Shown one piece after another: positions 1 through 9,320 of a DNA stretch of 64,000 nt. A program made the translations under genes and the position numbers. Where the stretch lies: assembly GCA_964203045.1 (NCBI GenBank), contig CAXNKU010000005.1, forward strand, positions 34,117 through 98,116. Direction: 5' to 3'. Within the stretch, counting starts at the first letter, position 1. Every line of letters starts with the position of its first letter. The notes under the pieces were generated by a model. That model was not told the origin of the DNA, ran no database searches, and saw only the letters and a list, made by a program, of their open reading frames with translations. Source of the DNA: Gaiellales bacterium. Its GTDB lineage: Bacteria > Actinomycetota > Thermoleophilia > Gaiellales > F1-60-MAGs149.

Positions 1-680
1 CGCGAGGGACGCGCAGTTTGCCGCCGCTCTTGCAAGCCGGTTGGACAGAGATCGAACAAGACGCAACCATCGCAGTACGCCTTGCGCGAGGTGCAGACCG
101 CTCGTCCGTGAGCAATCAACAGGTGCGTCCAGTCGGTCCACTCTCTGCGCGGCACAATCTTCATCAGTTCGCGCTCTGCCTTGACGGGCTCGACCGTGTC
201 GGTCAACCCGAGGCGGAGCGACAGGCGCGAAGCATGCGTGTCGACCGCAATGCCCTCAGCCAGACCGTAGGCATTACCGAGCACGACGTTGGCGGTCTTG
301 CGACCCGCGCCAGGTACCTCTTTGAGTTCGCGCATGGTGCGCGGGACCTCGCCCCCATGCTCGTGCAGGATGCAGCGCGCAGCGCCAATCAGCGACTTGG
401 CCTTATTGCGAAAGAAGCCTGTTGAGTGGATCGCGTCCTCGACGTCGCCAAGGTCGGCGCCCGCAAAGGCCTCGGGCGTTGGAAAACGCTCGAAGAGTGG
501 CGGCGTGACGAGATTGACGCGATCGTCCGTGCACTGCGCCGAGAGAATCGTCGCAACGAGCAATTCCCACGGTGTCCGAAAGGTCAGCGAACACTTGGCG
601 TCGGGATACTCCGCCCGCAGGCGCCGAACGATCGCCCGCGCACGCGCGGAAGGATCGCTGGTCCGCGTGACCCTAGGCAT
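1..680 (-). CDS. nth: endonuclease III (Nth), 3' end cut by window edge
   Basis: Absent from the ORF track because it runs off the left edge. Manual minus-strand translation from ATG 680-678 gives MPRVTRTSDPSARARAIVRRLRAEYPDAKCSLTFRTPWELLVATILSAQCTD..FFRNKAKSL..VPGAGRKTANVVLGNAYG..GIAVDTH.. (HhH-GPD). It ends with the Fe-S motif CTSRKAYCDGCVLFDLC (C-x6-C-x2-C-x5-C). No stop occurs before position 1. The ATG overlaps the addA-like stop by 8 nt. Confidence 0.9.
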   Translation of the reverse strand, partial: MPRVTRTSDPSARARAIVRRLRAEYPDAKCSLTFRTPWELLVATILSAQCTDDRVNLVTPPLFERFPTPEAFAGADLGDVEDAIHSTGFFRNKAKSLIGAARCILHEHGGEVPRTMRELKEVPGAGRKTANVVLGNAYGLAEGIAVDTHASRLSLRLGLTDTVEPVKAERELMKIVPRREWTDWTHLLIAHGRAVCTSRKAYCDGCVLFDLCPTGLQERRQTARPS

Positions 681-3600
681 GCTGCCCCGGCAAGTCGGTA
701 CCGGCACAGAGCAGACCCAACGCCGGACAGCTCTCGCACAGCAGCTTCGACGGCGTTGGCTGCCATGGGCCCGCCAAAGCCGCCTGCACGCGGGCTTCGA
801 GCCCCGCACGCAACTGGTCTCGCTGAGAAGCCTCAAAGACGCGTGTGGCTAGCTGTGACGCCGCTCCATCGTCGCCAATCCACTGGTAGGCAACCTCGAC
901 CGTCGCGTAGCCCGCTTCGAGTCCGGCCAATGCATACAGCTCTTCTTGAATCGTGTAGCCATGATCGCGCCGGTCGGCGGGCGTCTCGCCCTTGAGCCCA
1001 CCCACCTTGATATCGCCAATCACCAGACAATCGCCGTCGCGGGCACTCAGGTCGAAGGCTCCCGTAACGGTGGCACCGCCGAGCAGAAGCAAGAATGGCT
1101 GCTCGTGGCGGACGTCAGCGAGCGCGGCAAAGCGTGCCTGCAGCGGCGAGCTGTGCCAGCGCTCGACGGCTGCCCGCGCCTCGGTCTGCTCGGCAGCCGT
1201 GGCGGCAGGTTCGATTTCCAGCAGCAGCGCGCCTGCATCGCTGTCGGACCCCAACTCAATCGCCTCATGGACGGCCTTGCCAATCGGCGCAGTACCACCC
1301 GCCTGCACCGTTGGCAGGCCGAGCATCCGCTGGGTATGGAAGCGATAGCCACAGCGCTCGAAGAGGTCGAGCGACGAGTAGGAGAGCGACGGCACGACCC
1401 ACTCATCGGCCTGCCCCATAGTGCGAAGCGGTGGCAACTCACTGCCTGTCTCGCCGTTCATCATGCCGACGGCATCCACGTCGAAGGCCAACTGTGGACC
1501 ACCATCGTCGAGCACGTACTCGACCGTGTCATCACGAATTGCCGGCGGCAACGCGGGAGCCACCGAGACATCGCTGACCAGAATGCCGATCTGGGCCTCA
1601 TCAAGTTCGAGCACCCGCTCGCCAAGCGCGGCATCGTCATCGATCAATCCCAGCAACCACTCCAGCGTCGTGCCAGTCGACAACTTGGGCCCACGGGCAC
1701 CAGAGATAATCAGGTGGTCTCGCGCTCGCGTGCAGGCCACGTAGGCGATCCGATGCGACTCGCGCTCACCGGCGTCTGCAACCGTCACAAACGCCGCACT
1801 CAACGCTCGGGTCGAGCACATCTCGTTCGTCGAAGCCGGCACCTTGGCGGCCGGCACACCCTCCGACGGTACGATCGCCAGCCGCTTCTGCGCAGGAGTC
1901 TTCGATGCGGTGTCTGCGAAGACGACTATCGGAAACTCCAGGCCTTTTGCCTGATGAACGCTGAGGAGCCGAATCGCGGCGGCCCCCTCGGATGCGGTCA
2001 CTCCCTCGGTCTTCAGCTCGCCATCGAGCCGTCCCGACTCAATCGCCCGCACGAAGCCCGGAATGTCGCAGCCCTGCGCATCGTCAAAGGCGTGTGCCAC
2101 CCGCCGCAACTTCTCCAGATTGGCCATCCGCTCGGCCCCGTCAGGCATTGCGAGCATCGCTAGGTCGTAGCGCGTCTCAGCAATTATCGCAGCGACCAGA
2201 TCGCCAAGCCCTAACCGCCCGACCTCGCTCCGAAGACGCGCAATCGCATCGCGAAGCGTGACGGCACGCGCAAGATCATCTTCCTTGAGGCCAATCGGTC
2301 CGAGATTGTCGAGCGCATCGGCGAACTCCCATTCCACGGCCTCGCGCATCAGAGCAAGCCCATCGTTAGAGACACCAGCGAACGGCGAGGCGAGGCACGC
2401 CAACAGGGCGAGGTCGTCGTAGCGATTCCACAACACACGCAACATCGCCAACACGTCGCCAACCGGCTGGCGCTGCAGAAAGCCGCGACCTGTCGACGAG
2501 ACGGTAGAGAGCCCCTCGGCACGCAGCGCAGACTCGTAGACCGTAGCCCGCGTACCCGCACGGAAGACGACTGCAATGTCAGCCTCCTGGCAGACACCAC
2601 GATCGACCAGATCACGCAGCCGTCGAGCCACCAGCGTCGCCTCGACCTCGCGCCCGCTATCGAGATCGTCACCGACGCCGATCAGCAGCTCGACCGGCAG
2701 GCCCTGACCTGCGCTCTCGTACGTGCGAAACGGAGTCAGCGGACGGTGCGTAAAGCGCTCTTCGCGCGAGAAGATCGCATTGATGGCGGCGATCACGGGT
2801 GGCGTCGAACGGCGATTCTCGTGCAGCGACACCACTTCGATCGTCTGATCCGCCACAGCCGTCTCGCGCTCGCCTCGAAAGACCTCAACCTCTGCACCAC
2901 GAAATCCATAGATCGCCTGCTGCTCATCGCCGACCGCCAAGAGCGGCGTGCCAGGCGCTCGCACGAGGCGAATGATGGCGTTCTGCAGACTGTCGGTATC
3001 CTGAAACTCGTCGACCATCACCTCGCGAAAGCGCTCCTGCAGCGTGGCTCGCACATCTGCATGCGTCTCGAGTAGCTGCCGAACCCGTAGTTGGAGATCA
3101 TCGTTATCGACGGCACCGACCTCAGCTTTCGCCGCCGCATAGGCGTCTGAAAAACCATCGAGCAAGGCCTGTAGCGGCGCCTGAAATTCGCCGACCAGTA
3201 CGTCGCGCGCCTGCAACTCGACCTCCGCAATGAGTGCCTTGTAGGCGGCATCGCCGAGCGTGTAGAGCTTGAGATCTGCCAATTCGATCGGCTCTGGCTT
3301 TCGTTCGAGCAAGTCAAGCAGGTCAAGTGCTGCCTGCCGACGTTTGACAGCCTGGTCAGAATCGGTGCCTGCAGTCGAAACCACCAGAGCCTCGGGAACG
3401 AGTTCGGCGATCGCTGCCTCAAGCTCGTGGACCGTCGCGGTGCCACTCGGTGCGACGACTGGTCGACCACGCGTCCGTGCGCCGTTGAGTAATTCGCCGG
3501 CAATCTCGCGGAGCCGATCACGACCATGGAGCGCAACCAGTTGGAGCCCCGGATCGCCCAACTCGTGAAGCATCGACGCCAGCGCACGCTCGAAGGCTGC

Positions 3601-3993
3601 ATCGCGAAGCAGCACGGTCTCGACCTGATCGGCGACACGGAGGCCGCTCGCCAGACCGGCCTGCTCGGAAAACTCCGCCAGAATTCGCCGACACGTGGCA
3701 TGGATCGTCCCGATCCAACCGCTCTCGACGAGTGGAATCAGATCGTCACGTCCCTCAAAGCGCAAGCGCCCTCGAATGCGTTCGCGCATCTCGCCTGCGG
3801 CCCGCGTCGTAAAGGTGACCGCCAGCACCTGCGCAGGCAAATGGTTGCGCTCGGTCACGGACCGCACATAACGCTCGACCAGCACCGTGGTCTTGCCCGA
3901 GCCAGCTCCGGCATCGACGAAGACCCCACCGGGCGCCTCGACGGCAGCGAGTTGCGCCGGCGACAAATCGGGTCGTGGCAGGCGCAGAGTCAT
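673..3993 (-). CDS. addA: UvrD/PcrA-type helicase with C-terminal PD-(D/E)XK nuclease (AddA/AdnB-like helicase-nuclease subunit)
   Basis: 1106-aa ORF. Helicase motifs: Walker A GAGSGKTT, VDEFQDT, ENRRS, HQAKGLEFP. The C-terminal IGDIKV nuclease motif is flanked by Cys (ERCGY .. CESCPALGLLC). 4-nt overlap with the upstream partner gene. Confidence 0.85.
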   Translation of the reverse strand: MTLRLPRPDLSPAQLAAVEAPGGVFVDAGAGSGKTTVLVERYVRSVTERNHLPAQVLAVTFTTRAAGEMRERIRGRLRFEGRDDLIPLVESGWIGTIHATCRRILAEFSEQAGLASGLRVADQVETVLLRDAAFERALASMLHELGDPGLQLVALHGRDRLREIAGELLNGARTRGRPVVAPSGTATVHELEAAIAELVPEALVVSTAGTDSDQAVKRRQAALDLLDLLERKPEPIELADLKLYTLGDAAYKALIAEVELQARDVLVGEFQAPLQALLDGFSDAYAAAKAEVGAVDNDDLQLRVRQLLETHADVRATLQERFREVMVDEFQDTDSLQNAIIRLVRAPGTPLLAVGDEQQAIYGFRGAEVEVFRGERETAVADQTIEVVSLHENRRSTPPVIAAINAIFSREERFTHRPLTPFRTYESAGQGLPVELLIGVGDDLDSGREVEATLVARRLRDLVDRGVCQEADIAVVFRAGTRATVYESALRAEGLSTVSSTGRGFLQRQPVGDVLAMLRVLWNRYDDLALLACLASPFAGVSNDGLALMREAVEWEFADALDNLGPIGLKEDDLARAVTLRDAIARLRSEVGRLGLGDLVAAIIAETRYDLAMLAMPDGAERMANLEKLRRVAHAFDDAQGCDIPGFVRAIESGRLDGELKTEGVTASEGAAAIRLLSVHQAKGLEFPIVVFADTASKTPAQKRLAIVPSEGVPAAKVPASTNEMCSTRALSAAFVTVADAGERESHRIAYVACTRARDHLIISGARGPKLSTGTTLEWLLGLIDDDAALGERVLELDEAQIGILVSDVSVAPALPPAIRDDTVEYVLDDGGPQLAFDVDAVGMMNGETGSELPPLRTMGQADEWVVPSLSYSSLDLFERCGYRFHTQRMLGLPTVQAGGTAPIGKAVHEAIELGSDSDAGALLLEIEPAATAAEQTEARAAVERWHSSPLQARFAALADVRHEQPFLLLLGGATVTGAFDLSARDGDCLVIGDIKVGGLKGETPADRRDHGYTIQEELYALAGLEAGYATVEVAYQWIGDDGAASQLATRVFEASQRDQLRAGLEARVQAALAGPWQPTPSKLLCESCPALGLLCAGTDLPGQHA

Positions 3994-6845
3994 TTCTCCA
4001 CCCGACAGATCCCACGGTAGTCGCAGAACCGCTCACAGAGCATCTGCGTCTGCGGATCGTGGCGCACATCGCCATCGCGAATCCGCAAGACGCGCGCCGC
4101 GGCCTCGCTGCGGGCAGCCTCGAGTGCCGCCTCGAACTCGTCGTGGCTGAGGCGGTCTTCGCGGGAAATGTTGGCTGGCAGGACGTCGAGCTCGTCGACG
4201 TCGACAATGCCTCGCACGTGGCCCTTGCGGATCGAGACGAGGAGGCCACCAACTGGCTCTCGCCCAAGCACCTCACGCAACGCAAGCAGGTAGAGCGGAA
4301 TCTGTAGCTTTCCGTCACGCATGATCTGAGCACCTGTGCTGATCGTGCTGGTCTTGTAGTCGACGACCATCGCCCGGGCGGTAAAGGCCGGATCTGCATC
4401 GATCCGATCGATCTTGCCCGACACGTGTGCGGGACCGACATTGAGTCCCTCCTTACGGCCAGGCTGTGCGCCACGCCCACCGAAGGCGACCTCGAACTCC
4501 GTCGGCACGAGCGGTGCCGCATTGCGTGCCGCCTGTTGGATCAACCGCGCAAGGTCGCGGCGAAGACCCCAGCCGAGCAACTCGAGCGTGAGAGGATCGC
4601 CTGCCACGATCGGCTGCAGCTTGATCATCTCCTCGTCGACGATTCGCACCATCTCGACCATCGCACGATCGGCGTCGTCGGGTCCGATCACGGTCGTCTG
4701 CAAGAGCGCCGGCACCTCTTTGTAGAAGCGGCCGAGCACCGTATGCGCGAGCGTGCCCACGCGCAGGCGATTGTCGATCGGCTGATCGATCACGTTTGGC
4801 CTCAGACGGCGCTCGATAAACCAGATCTGCGAGCAATCGCCAAAGCGGTCGATCTCGGTTACGCCAAACATCTCACGCGCTCGCAACACGTCGACGACAC
4901 GCGGATCGACGAGGCGCGTGTTGCGACGGGGCGCTGCGACAGCGCGGCGGATTGCGCCACTGACGCCCGCGACACCCGCCAGGCGCAGGGCCTCGGGTCG
5001 ATCGGTCGCCGCTAGATACGCGATGCTGCGAGCGCGCTCGCGCACGGTCGGTGCCTCCAGCAGCGGCAAGACGGCGTCGGAGAAGCGACGACGATAGGTC
5101 GGCGGCGGCTCGCCAGCAGCGATCATCAGGTCTTCCCAGATCGCCGTGGCGGCTAACGGGCTGCCTTCATCATCGGACACACGACGAACCAATACAAGCC
5201 TCCGCCGCGGTCGTGTGACGGCGCTGTAGACCAGATGGCGTGCGACCTCGTTCTGATCGGGAGCCTCGACGAGCGGATCCTGCGCGGCCGAAGTCCCGAC
5301 ACCAAACATCGGCTCTTCCAACCCAAGCACAATCGCCACGTCGACGTCAATCGTGCGAGCATCGCGCGGATCGAGAATGCAGATTGCATCAGCACGGGTC
5401 TGCCGCATCGAGATCGTCAACTCGGCGAGCAGTTCGCGTACCTCGGAGCGGGAAGGAGCCGGCTTGACGACGTCCACCGTCTGCAGATACGACAACACAG
5501 CGGCAGCGACAGCCACGTCCTCACGCACCGTCGTTGTGGCGACTGGGGCTCGATCGCCGTGAGCACGCTGCACCATGCCCCGCACGGCCGCGGCAACCTC
5601 GCCTGCCGCCGTCTCTCCCCCACGCGATCCCGGCGGCAGCGCCAGCGCCCGCAAGAGCGGCTCGCCCGCCTTCTCGATGGCGTTCTCGAGCGTATCGAGC
5701 GAGCGGCGCATCGGCCGTTCGCTTCGCTCGACGAGGTGTGCCGGCGCCCCGCTCCAGGCCGACCGAAGCCACGTCAGGCGATCGGAATCGGTCGGCTCAG
5801 GCGCCCAGGCGAGACTGAGGAGCGCATTCAGCACCCGCCCGAACGGCGTCTTGACGAGCGCGCGTTGATCCTTGCCGACGGCCTCGATGCCGGCCTCCCG
5901 CAGCTGACGCACAAGCCGTGTGCGGTCCGCGGCACCGCGCGGACCAATAATCGCAATGCGCTGCCCGACAATCCCCGAACGCAGGGCCTCCGCGACGCAA
6001 CCGACGACGACTTCGGCCTCGCCGCGCTCGCCCTCAACCTCGGCCGTGGCGATACCCGCCAGCGAGGGACGCTCGGCGCGTCGGTCCGGCTCTGCCTCAC
6101 CGAGCCGGCGTTCCAGCGCCGCAAGGCCTGGGTCGCGATCAAACGCGCCCGCAGGCAACTCGACGATGCCGCCACTACCGGCCAAGTCGGCCAGCCGACC
6201 GACGACCGGCGTCAAGACCGCAAAGGGGCTCCGCCCAGCCTCGTACGGCAGACTCACAACGGCACGAGCGCGCTGAGCAATCAACGTCAACAGCGTCTCC
6301 TGCGCCAAGCTGAGGTCGTCGAAGCCCTGAGCAAAGAGCGCCTCACCTGCAGGCCAAGCAGCCACGTCTCGTCGCAGTGCAGCGATTGCCTCAATCCGCA
6401 GCCGTGCGCGGTCAACGAACTGTTGCTCATCAAGCGCCGACCACCAGAGTGCATAGCTCTCCGCCAACGAGGCATCGCCTGCGGCACGCACATCGTCCGG
6501 TCCGAGCAAAGCCGAACCAAGCCGGTCGAACCGCGCCGCGAGCGTCGCGGGAGCGTCTGGCAAGGCGCGCCGCAGCACGACCTGCCGCGCCGCACCGTGC
6601 AGCACCGTTCTTCGATCACCGGTAGCGCGTGCAATGCGCTCAAACAGCGTGTCGAACGTGACGACGTCCGCACCCACCACGCCCGTGGCGCGCGCCAGAA
6701 GTTCTCGCTCCGTCACCGCCTTGGCTGTCTGATCGGGCACGACCAGCGCAGCCGTGCGCCCAGCAGCAAGTTCGGCAAGGTAGCGCTCGTAGAGCGCCGC
6801 AATCTTGCCGGCGTGGGCCGGACCGATGATCAGTTCAAGGGCCAC
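3990..6845 (-). CDS. addB: AddB-type helicase-nuclease subunit (degenerate ATPase plus PD-(D/E)XK nuclease with Cys cluster)
   Basis: 951-aa ORF. Degenerate P-loop GPAHAGKI at the N-terminus. C-terminal nuclease GKIDRIDAD..VVDYKTS, with Cys at FGDCSQIW and CERFCDYRGIC. Start of a two-gene operon with the addA-like gene. Confidence 0.8.
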   Translation of the reverse strand: MALELIIGPAHAGKIAALYERYLAELAAGRTAALVVPDQTAKAVTERELLARATGVVGADVVTFDTLFERIARATGDRRTVLHGAARQVVLRRALPDAPATLAARFDRLGSALLGPDDVRAAGDASLAESYALWWSALDEQQFVDRARLRIEAIAALRRDVAAWPAGEALFAQGFDDLSLAQETLLTLIAQRARAVVSLPYEAGRSPFAVLTPVVGRLADLAGSGGIVELPAGAFDRDPGLAALERRLGEAEPDRRAERPSLAGIATAEVEGERGEAEVVVGCVAEALRSGIVGQRIAIIGPRGAADRTRLVRQLREAGIEAVGKDQRALVKTPFGRVLNALLSLAWAPEPTDSDRLTWLRSAWSGAPAHLVERSERPMRRSLDTLENAIEKAGEPLLRALALPPGSRGGETAAGEVAAAVRGMVQRAHGDRAPVATTTVREDVAVAAAVLSYLQTVDVVKPAPSRSEVRELLAELTISMRQTRADAICILDPRDARTIDVDVAIVLGLEEPMFGVGTSAAQDPLVEAPDQNEVARHLVYSAVTRPRRRLVLVRRVSDDEGSPLAATAIWEDLMIAAGEPPPTYRRRFSDAVLPLLEAPTVRERARSIAYLAATDRPEALRLAGVAGVSGAIRRAVAAPRRNTRLVDPRVVDVLRAREMFGVTEIDRFGDCSQIWFIERRLRPNVIDQPIDNRLRVGTLAHTVLGRFYKEVPALLQTTVIGPDDADRAMVEMVRIVDEEMIKLQPIVAGDPLTLELLGWGLRRDLARLIQQAARNAAPLVPTEFEVAFGGRGAQPGRKEGLNVGPAHVSGKIDRIDADPAFTARAMVVDYKTSTISTGAQIMRDGKLQIPLYLLALREVLGREPVGGLLVSIRKGHVRGIVDVDELDVLPANISREDRLSHDEFEAALEAARSEAAARVLRIRDGDVRHDPQTQMLCERFCDYRGICRVEK

Positions 6846-6875
6846 GGCGATTCGTCGCGCCCGAAGGGCAAACCC

Positions 6876-7175
6876 TTACGAGGTCTGCTCGGGCGGCGAC
6901 GCCTCGATGCGCTCAGCCACCAACGTGTTGACGCTCTCCATGCCATCGGAGTAGGCGTAGTTGATCTTGACGAAGGGCTCCCACTTGACCGGGACCGCAT
7001 CCTCCGGAAAGATCGCCTCAACGGGGCACTCAGGCTCGCAGGCACCGCAGTCAATGCACTCCTCCGGATCGATCACCAACATGCGATCAGATTCGTGGAT
7101 GCAATCGACAGGACAGACGTCCACACAGGACCGGTCTTTCGTGTCAATACATGGCTCGGCGATGACGTACGTCAC
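6876..7175 (-). CDS. fdxA: 7Fe-type ferredoxin ([3Fe-4S][4Fe-4S])
   Basis: 99 aa. [27 protein letters not shown]...[12 protein letters not shown] cysteine pattern typical of actinobacterial/Azotobacter-type FdxA. Confidence 0.9.
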   Translation of the reverse strand: MTYVIAEPCIDTKDRSCVDVCPVDCIHESDRMLVIDPEECIDCGACEPECPVEAIFPEDAVPVKWEPFVKINYAYSDGMESVNTLVAERIEASPPEQTS

Positions 7176-7311
7176 AAGATCCTCCGCGTCGATTTGCGCG
7201 TTGGCAGCATACCTCAGAGTGATCCTTGATCTGTACGGTGGATCACGTATTTGCTCCGGGTACAGGTGTAGGCTCTAAACGGCATTTACTGCCTACAGAC
7301 TGGAGTATTGA

Positions 7312-7815
7312 ATGTTCGAACCCGACCAGCCCGACGCGAAATCGCGTCGGGGATTCCTGACCGGGGCGGCTGGCGTCGCGATCAGCGCAGGTGTGCTCGG
7401 CACTGCGGGCAGCGCTGCTGCTGCCCAAGCGCCCCGCACCACCACGCCGTCAAACCACCCAGCGCCACACGCACCACTTCCGGCCCACCCACACCACAAC
7501 CGCAACCGGTTCGAAAATGCGAAGGGCGGTCGGATGACGATCCGTCTCGCCGACGGTCCCGTCACGCTCGACATCGACAGCATTGAACCGCTTGGCGTTG
7601 CTGCCGAAGCCAAGGCTGGATCGCCGCTGTGGCGCGACGCCTTCCGTGTCAACCTCAAAGGCCCGAAGGGTGTTGATATTCCTCAGGGAACGCACCGAGT
7701 AAGCATTGGCAACAAATCGTTTGACCTGTTTGTCGTCCCCGTCCTGAGCACCGGTGGCGGCCGGCGTTTCGAGGCGATCATCCACCGCGCCTACCACCGG
7801 AGAGCACATGCCTAG
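7312..7815 (+). CDS. hypothetical exported protein with twin-arginine (Tat) signal
   Basis: 167 aa. N-terminus ..AKSRRGFLTGAAGVAISAGVLGTAGSAAAAQA carries the Tat motif SRRxFL plus an AxA cleavage site. His/Pro-rich linker, then a ~90-aa C-terminal domain of unknown function. The stop overlaps the next gene's start by 8 nt. Confidence 0.7.
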   Translation: MFEPDQPDAKSRRGFLTGAAGVAISAGVLGTAGSAAAAQAPRTTTPSNHPAPHAPLPAHPHHNRNRFENAKGGRMTIRLADGPVTLDIDSIEPLGVAAEAKAGSPLWRDAFRVNLKGPKGVDIPQGTHRVSIGNKSFDLFVVPVLSTGGGRRFEAIIHRAYHRRAHA

Positions 7816-8296
7816 CCCCGAATCGTACCTAGGCTCGATCGACATCGCAGGGTTTAACTATCCCCCCCCGGACTTTGCCATCGCCGACGGATCAACCATA
7901 CCGATCTCCCAGAACTCGGCACTCTATTCGATCTTCAATACCATCTACGGTGGAAACGGATCCTCGAATTTCCAGCTGCCCGATCTTCAAAGCCGGCTGC
8001 CGATCGGTACCGGCACGGGAGCTGGATTGTCGTCGTATGAAATCGGCGAAACGACGGGCCGCGAGTCGACGACTCTGCTGAATACGAACCTGCCACCCCA
8101 CACGCATCAGGTATCACTCGGTGGCACTGTTGGAGCGGGTGGCTGGGCCACCGCCGGCGGCAGCACAGCCACGCCGGACGGCACGTCGGCGGCAGTCATT
8201 CCTGCGGGCGACGGGATGCCGTTCTCGATCCTCCCCCCAGTACTCGCCCTGACATACCTCGTCGCGCTCAACGGGCCGTACCCCGTTCGCTACTAG
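7808..8296 (+). CDS. phage tail collar domain protein (MdpB/COG4675-like)
   Basis: Internal ATG of track ORF 7754..8296. MPSPESYLGSIDIAGFNYPPPDFAIADGSTIPISQNSALYSIFNTIYGGNGSSNFQLPDLQSRLPIGTG..LPPHTH..LALTYLVALNGPYP matches the tail-collar consensus (G.I..f.g...P.gw..cdGq.l.i..n.aLfsl.G..YGG.g...F.LPDLrgR.P). Many A/T-ending codons, atypical for this window. Confidence 0.85.
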   Translation: MPSPESYLGSIDIAGFNYPPPDFAIADGSTIPISQNSALYSIFNTIYGGNGSSNFQLPDLQSRLPIGTGTGAGLSSYEIGETTGRESTTLLNTNLPPHTHQVSLGGTVGAGGWATAGGSTATPDGTSAAVIPAGDGMPFSILPPVLALTYLVALNGPYPVRY

Positions 8297-8748
8297 AGCA
8301 CGTCGTCAAACGAGCGTAACGCCGCGTCGACCCGCGCCTCGAGCGCGGTGTCGGCCGGCGTCTGCGCGCGTCCCGCATGTCGCCTTCGGCGCCAGGCAAA
8401 CACGATTGCGACGACCACGGCAAGACCACCAGCGACGATCGCGATCGGAGCGACCCAGGCAACAAGCCCGATCCCGGATGCGGGCGGCGCCGCTAGCACC
8501 GAGGGGCCGAAATCCGCCACGAGCGCATCCTTGACCTGCTGCGAGGTCCACCCTTCGAGGCGCTTCTTCTCGACGAAGGCGCGGATGCGGTCGGCTGCTG
8601 GACTATGCGAGAGGTCGAGCCGGCTCTGACACGTCGGGCACATCAGCTGGCTCTCGATCTCCGACATCGTGAACTGTGGCTGTGCTGCGGAGGCGATCGG
8701 CACGAGCACCAGCATCACGGCGAGCACGAGAAGGAGTCGGCGAATCAC
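8293..8748 (-). CDS. ccmH: cytochrome c-type biogenesis protein CcmH/NrfF family
   Basis: 151 aa. Signal peptide, LMCPTCQ (LRCxxC-type) motif, C-terminal TM segment. 4-nt overlap with the upstream thioredoxin-like gene. Confidence 0.8.
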   Translation of the reverse strand: MIRRLLLVLAVMLVLVPIASAAQPQFTMSEIESQLMCPTCQSRLDLSHSPAADRIRAFVEKKRLEGWTSQQVKDALVADFGPSVLAAPPASGIGLVAWVAPIAIVAGGLAVVVAIVFAWRRRRHAGRAQTPADTALEARVDAALRSFDDVL

Positions 8749-9290
8749 GATGAGGCCTTTGCCATTGCGATCGCATCGCGCAGTCCATCAGCCGTGACCT
8801 CGCCCGGAAACCACGCCACGGCCCTGCCCTGCGGATCGATGATAAACGTCTCGGGAAACGCGCCGACACCCCAATCTCGCCCCACTGCGCCGCCAACGTC
8901 GTGGACGAGTGGGTACGTCAAGCCGTACGTGACGGCAAAGGCGCGGGCATCGTCGCGTAGATCCTGCGTGTCGATCCCCACGAACGCGACTCCCTGCGGC
9001 TGCGCTTCCGTGACCCAAAGATCTTGCAAAATCGGCGCCTCATCCTTACAGGGATCGCACCACGATGCCCAGAAGTTGACCACCACTACCTGGCCCCGCA
9101 GCGACGCCAGGGTAACCTCACCGTCGCCTGTCAGCAGTGGCAGCGCAAAGTCGGGTGCCGGTGGCTTGGCACCGGATGCGACCTCGGCTGGAAAAGCGCG
9201 TGCGCCCGACGACTGCATGACGGCTCGCGCCAGCACGATGCCCAAGCCAAGCAAGAGGACGGCGACGACGACTACAACGACACGCTTCAC
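8745..9290 (-). CDS. thioredoxin-like thiol:disulfide oxidoreductase (TlpA/ResA/CcmG family)
   Basis: 181 aa. N-terminal TM anchor. VVVNFWASWCDPCKDEAP with a WCxxC active site. Confidence 0.85.
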   Translation of the reverse strand: MKRVVVVVVAVLLLGLGIVLARAVMQSSGARAFPAEVASGAKPPAPDFALPLLTGDGEVTLASLRGQVVVVNFWASWCDPCKDEAPILQDLWVTEAQPQGVAFVGIDTQDLRDDARAFAVTYGLTYPLVHDVGGAVGRDWGVGAFPETFIIDPQGRAVAWFPGEVTADGLRDAIAMAKASS

Positions 9291-9320
9291 TGATCCGCAG
9301 TCTACGCGCGACCGAGCGCG

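Noticed and set aside
673-680. The identical 9-nt junction CATGCCTAG (8-nt ATGCCTAG start/stop overlap) at two unrelated gene pairs: addA-like/nth at 673-681 and Tat protein/tail-collar at 7807-7815.
   Set aside because: A 9-mer coincidence between two overlapping stop/start junctions is plausible by chance in a 64-kb window. There is no extended similarity around the two sites.
946-2163. Long plus-strand ORFs antisense to annotated genes. Examples: 946..2163, 5235..7229, 18126..19865, 26618..29071, 33938..35143, 43148..43987, 47758..49326, 55022..56155, 56287..57309, 57379..59457.
   Set aside because: Their products are Arg/Gly/His-rich nonsense with no motifs. Each lies opposite a gene with unmistakable conserved motifs. 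Long stop-free antisense frames are expected in DNA of this GC content.
7754-8296. Tail-collar gene as evidence of a prophage or tailocin.
   Set aside because: There are no capsid, tail tube, baseplate, integrase or lysis genes within 10 kb on either side. The flanking genes are core metabolism. Stand-alone tail-collar (MdpB-like) genes are common outside prophages.
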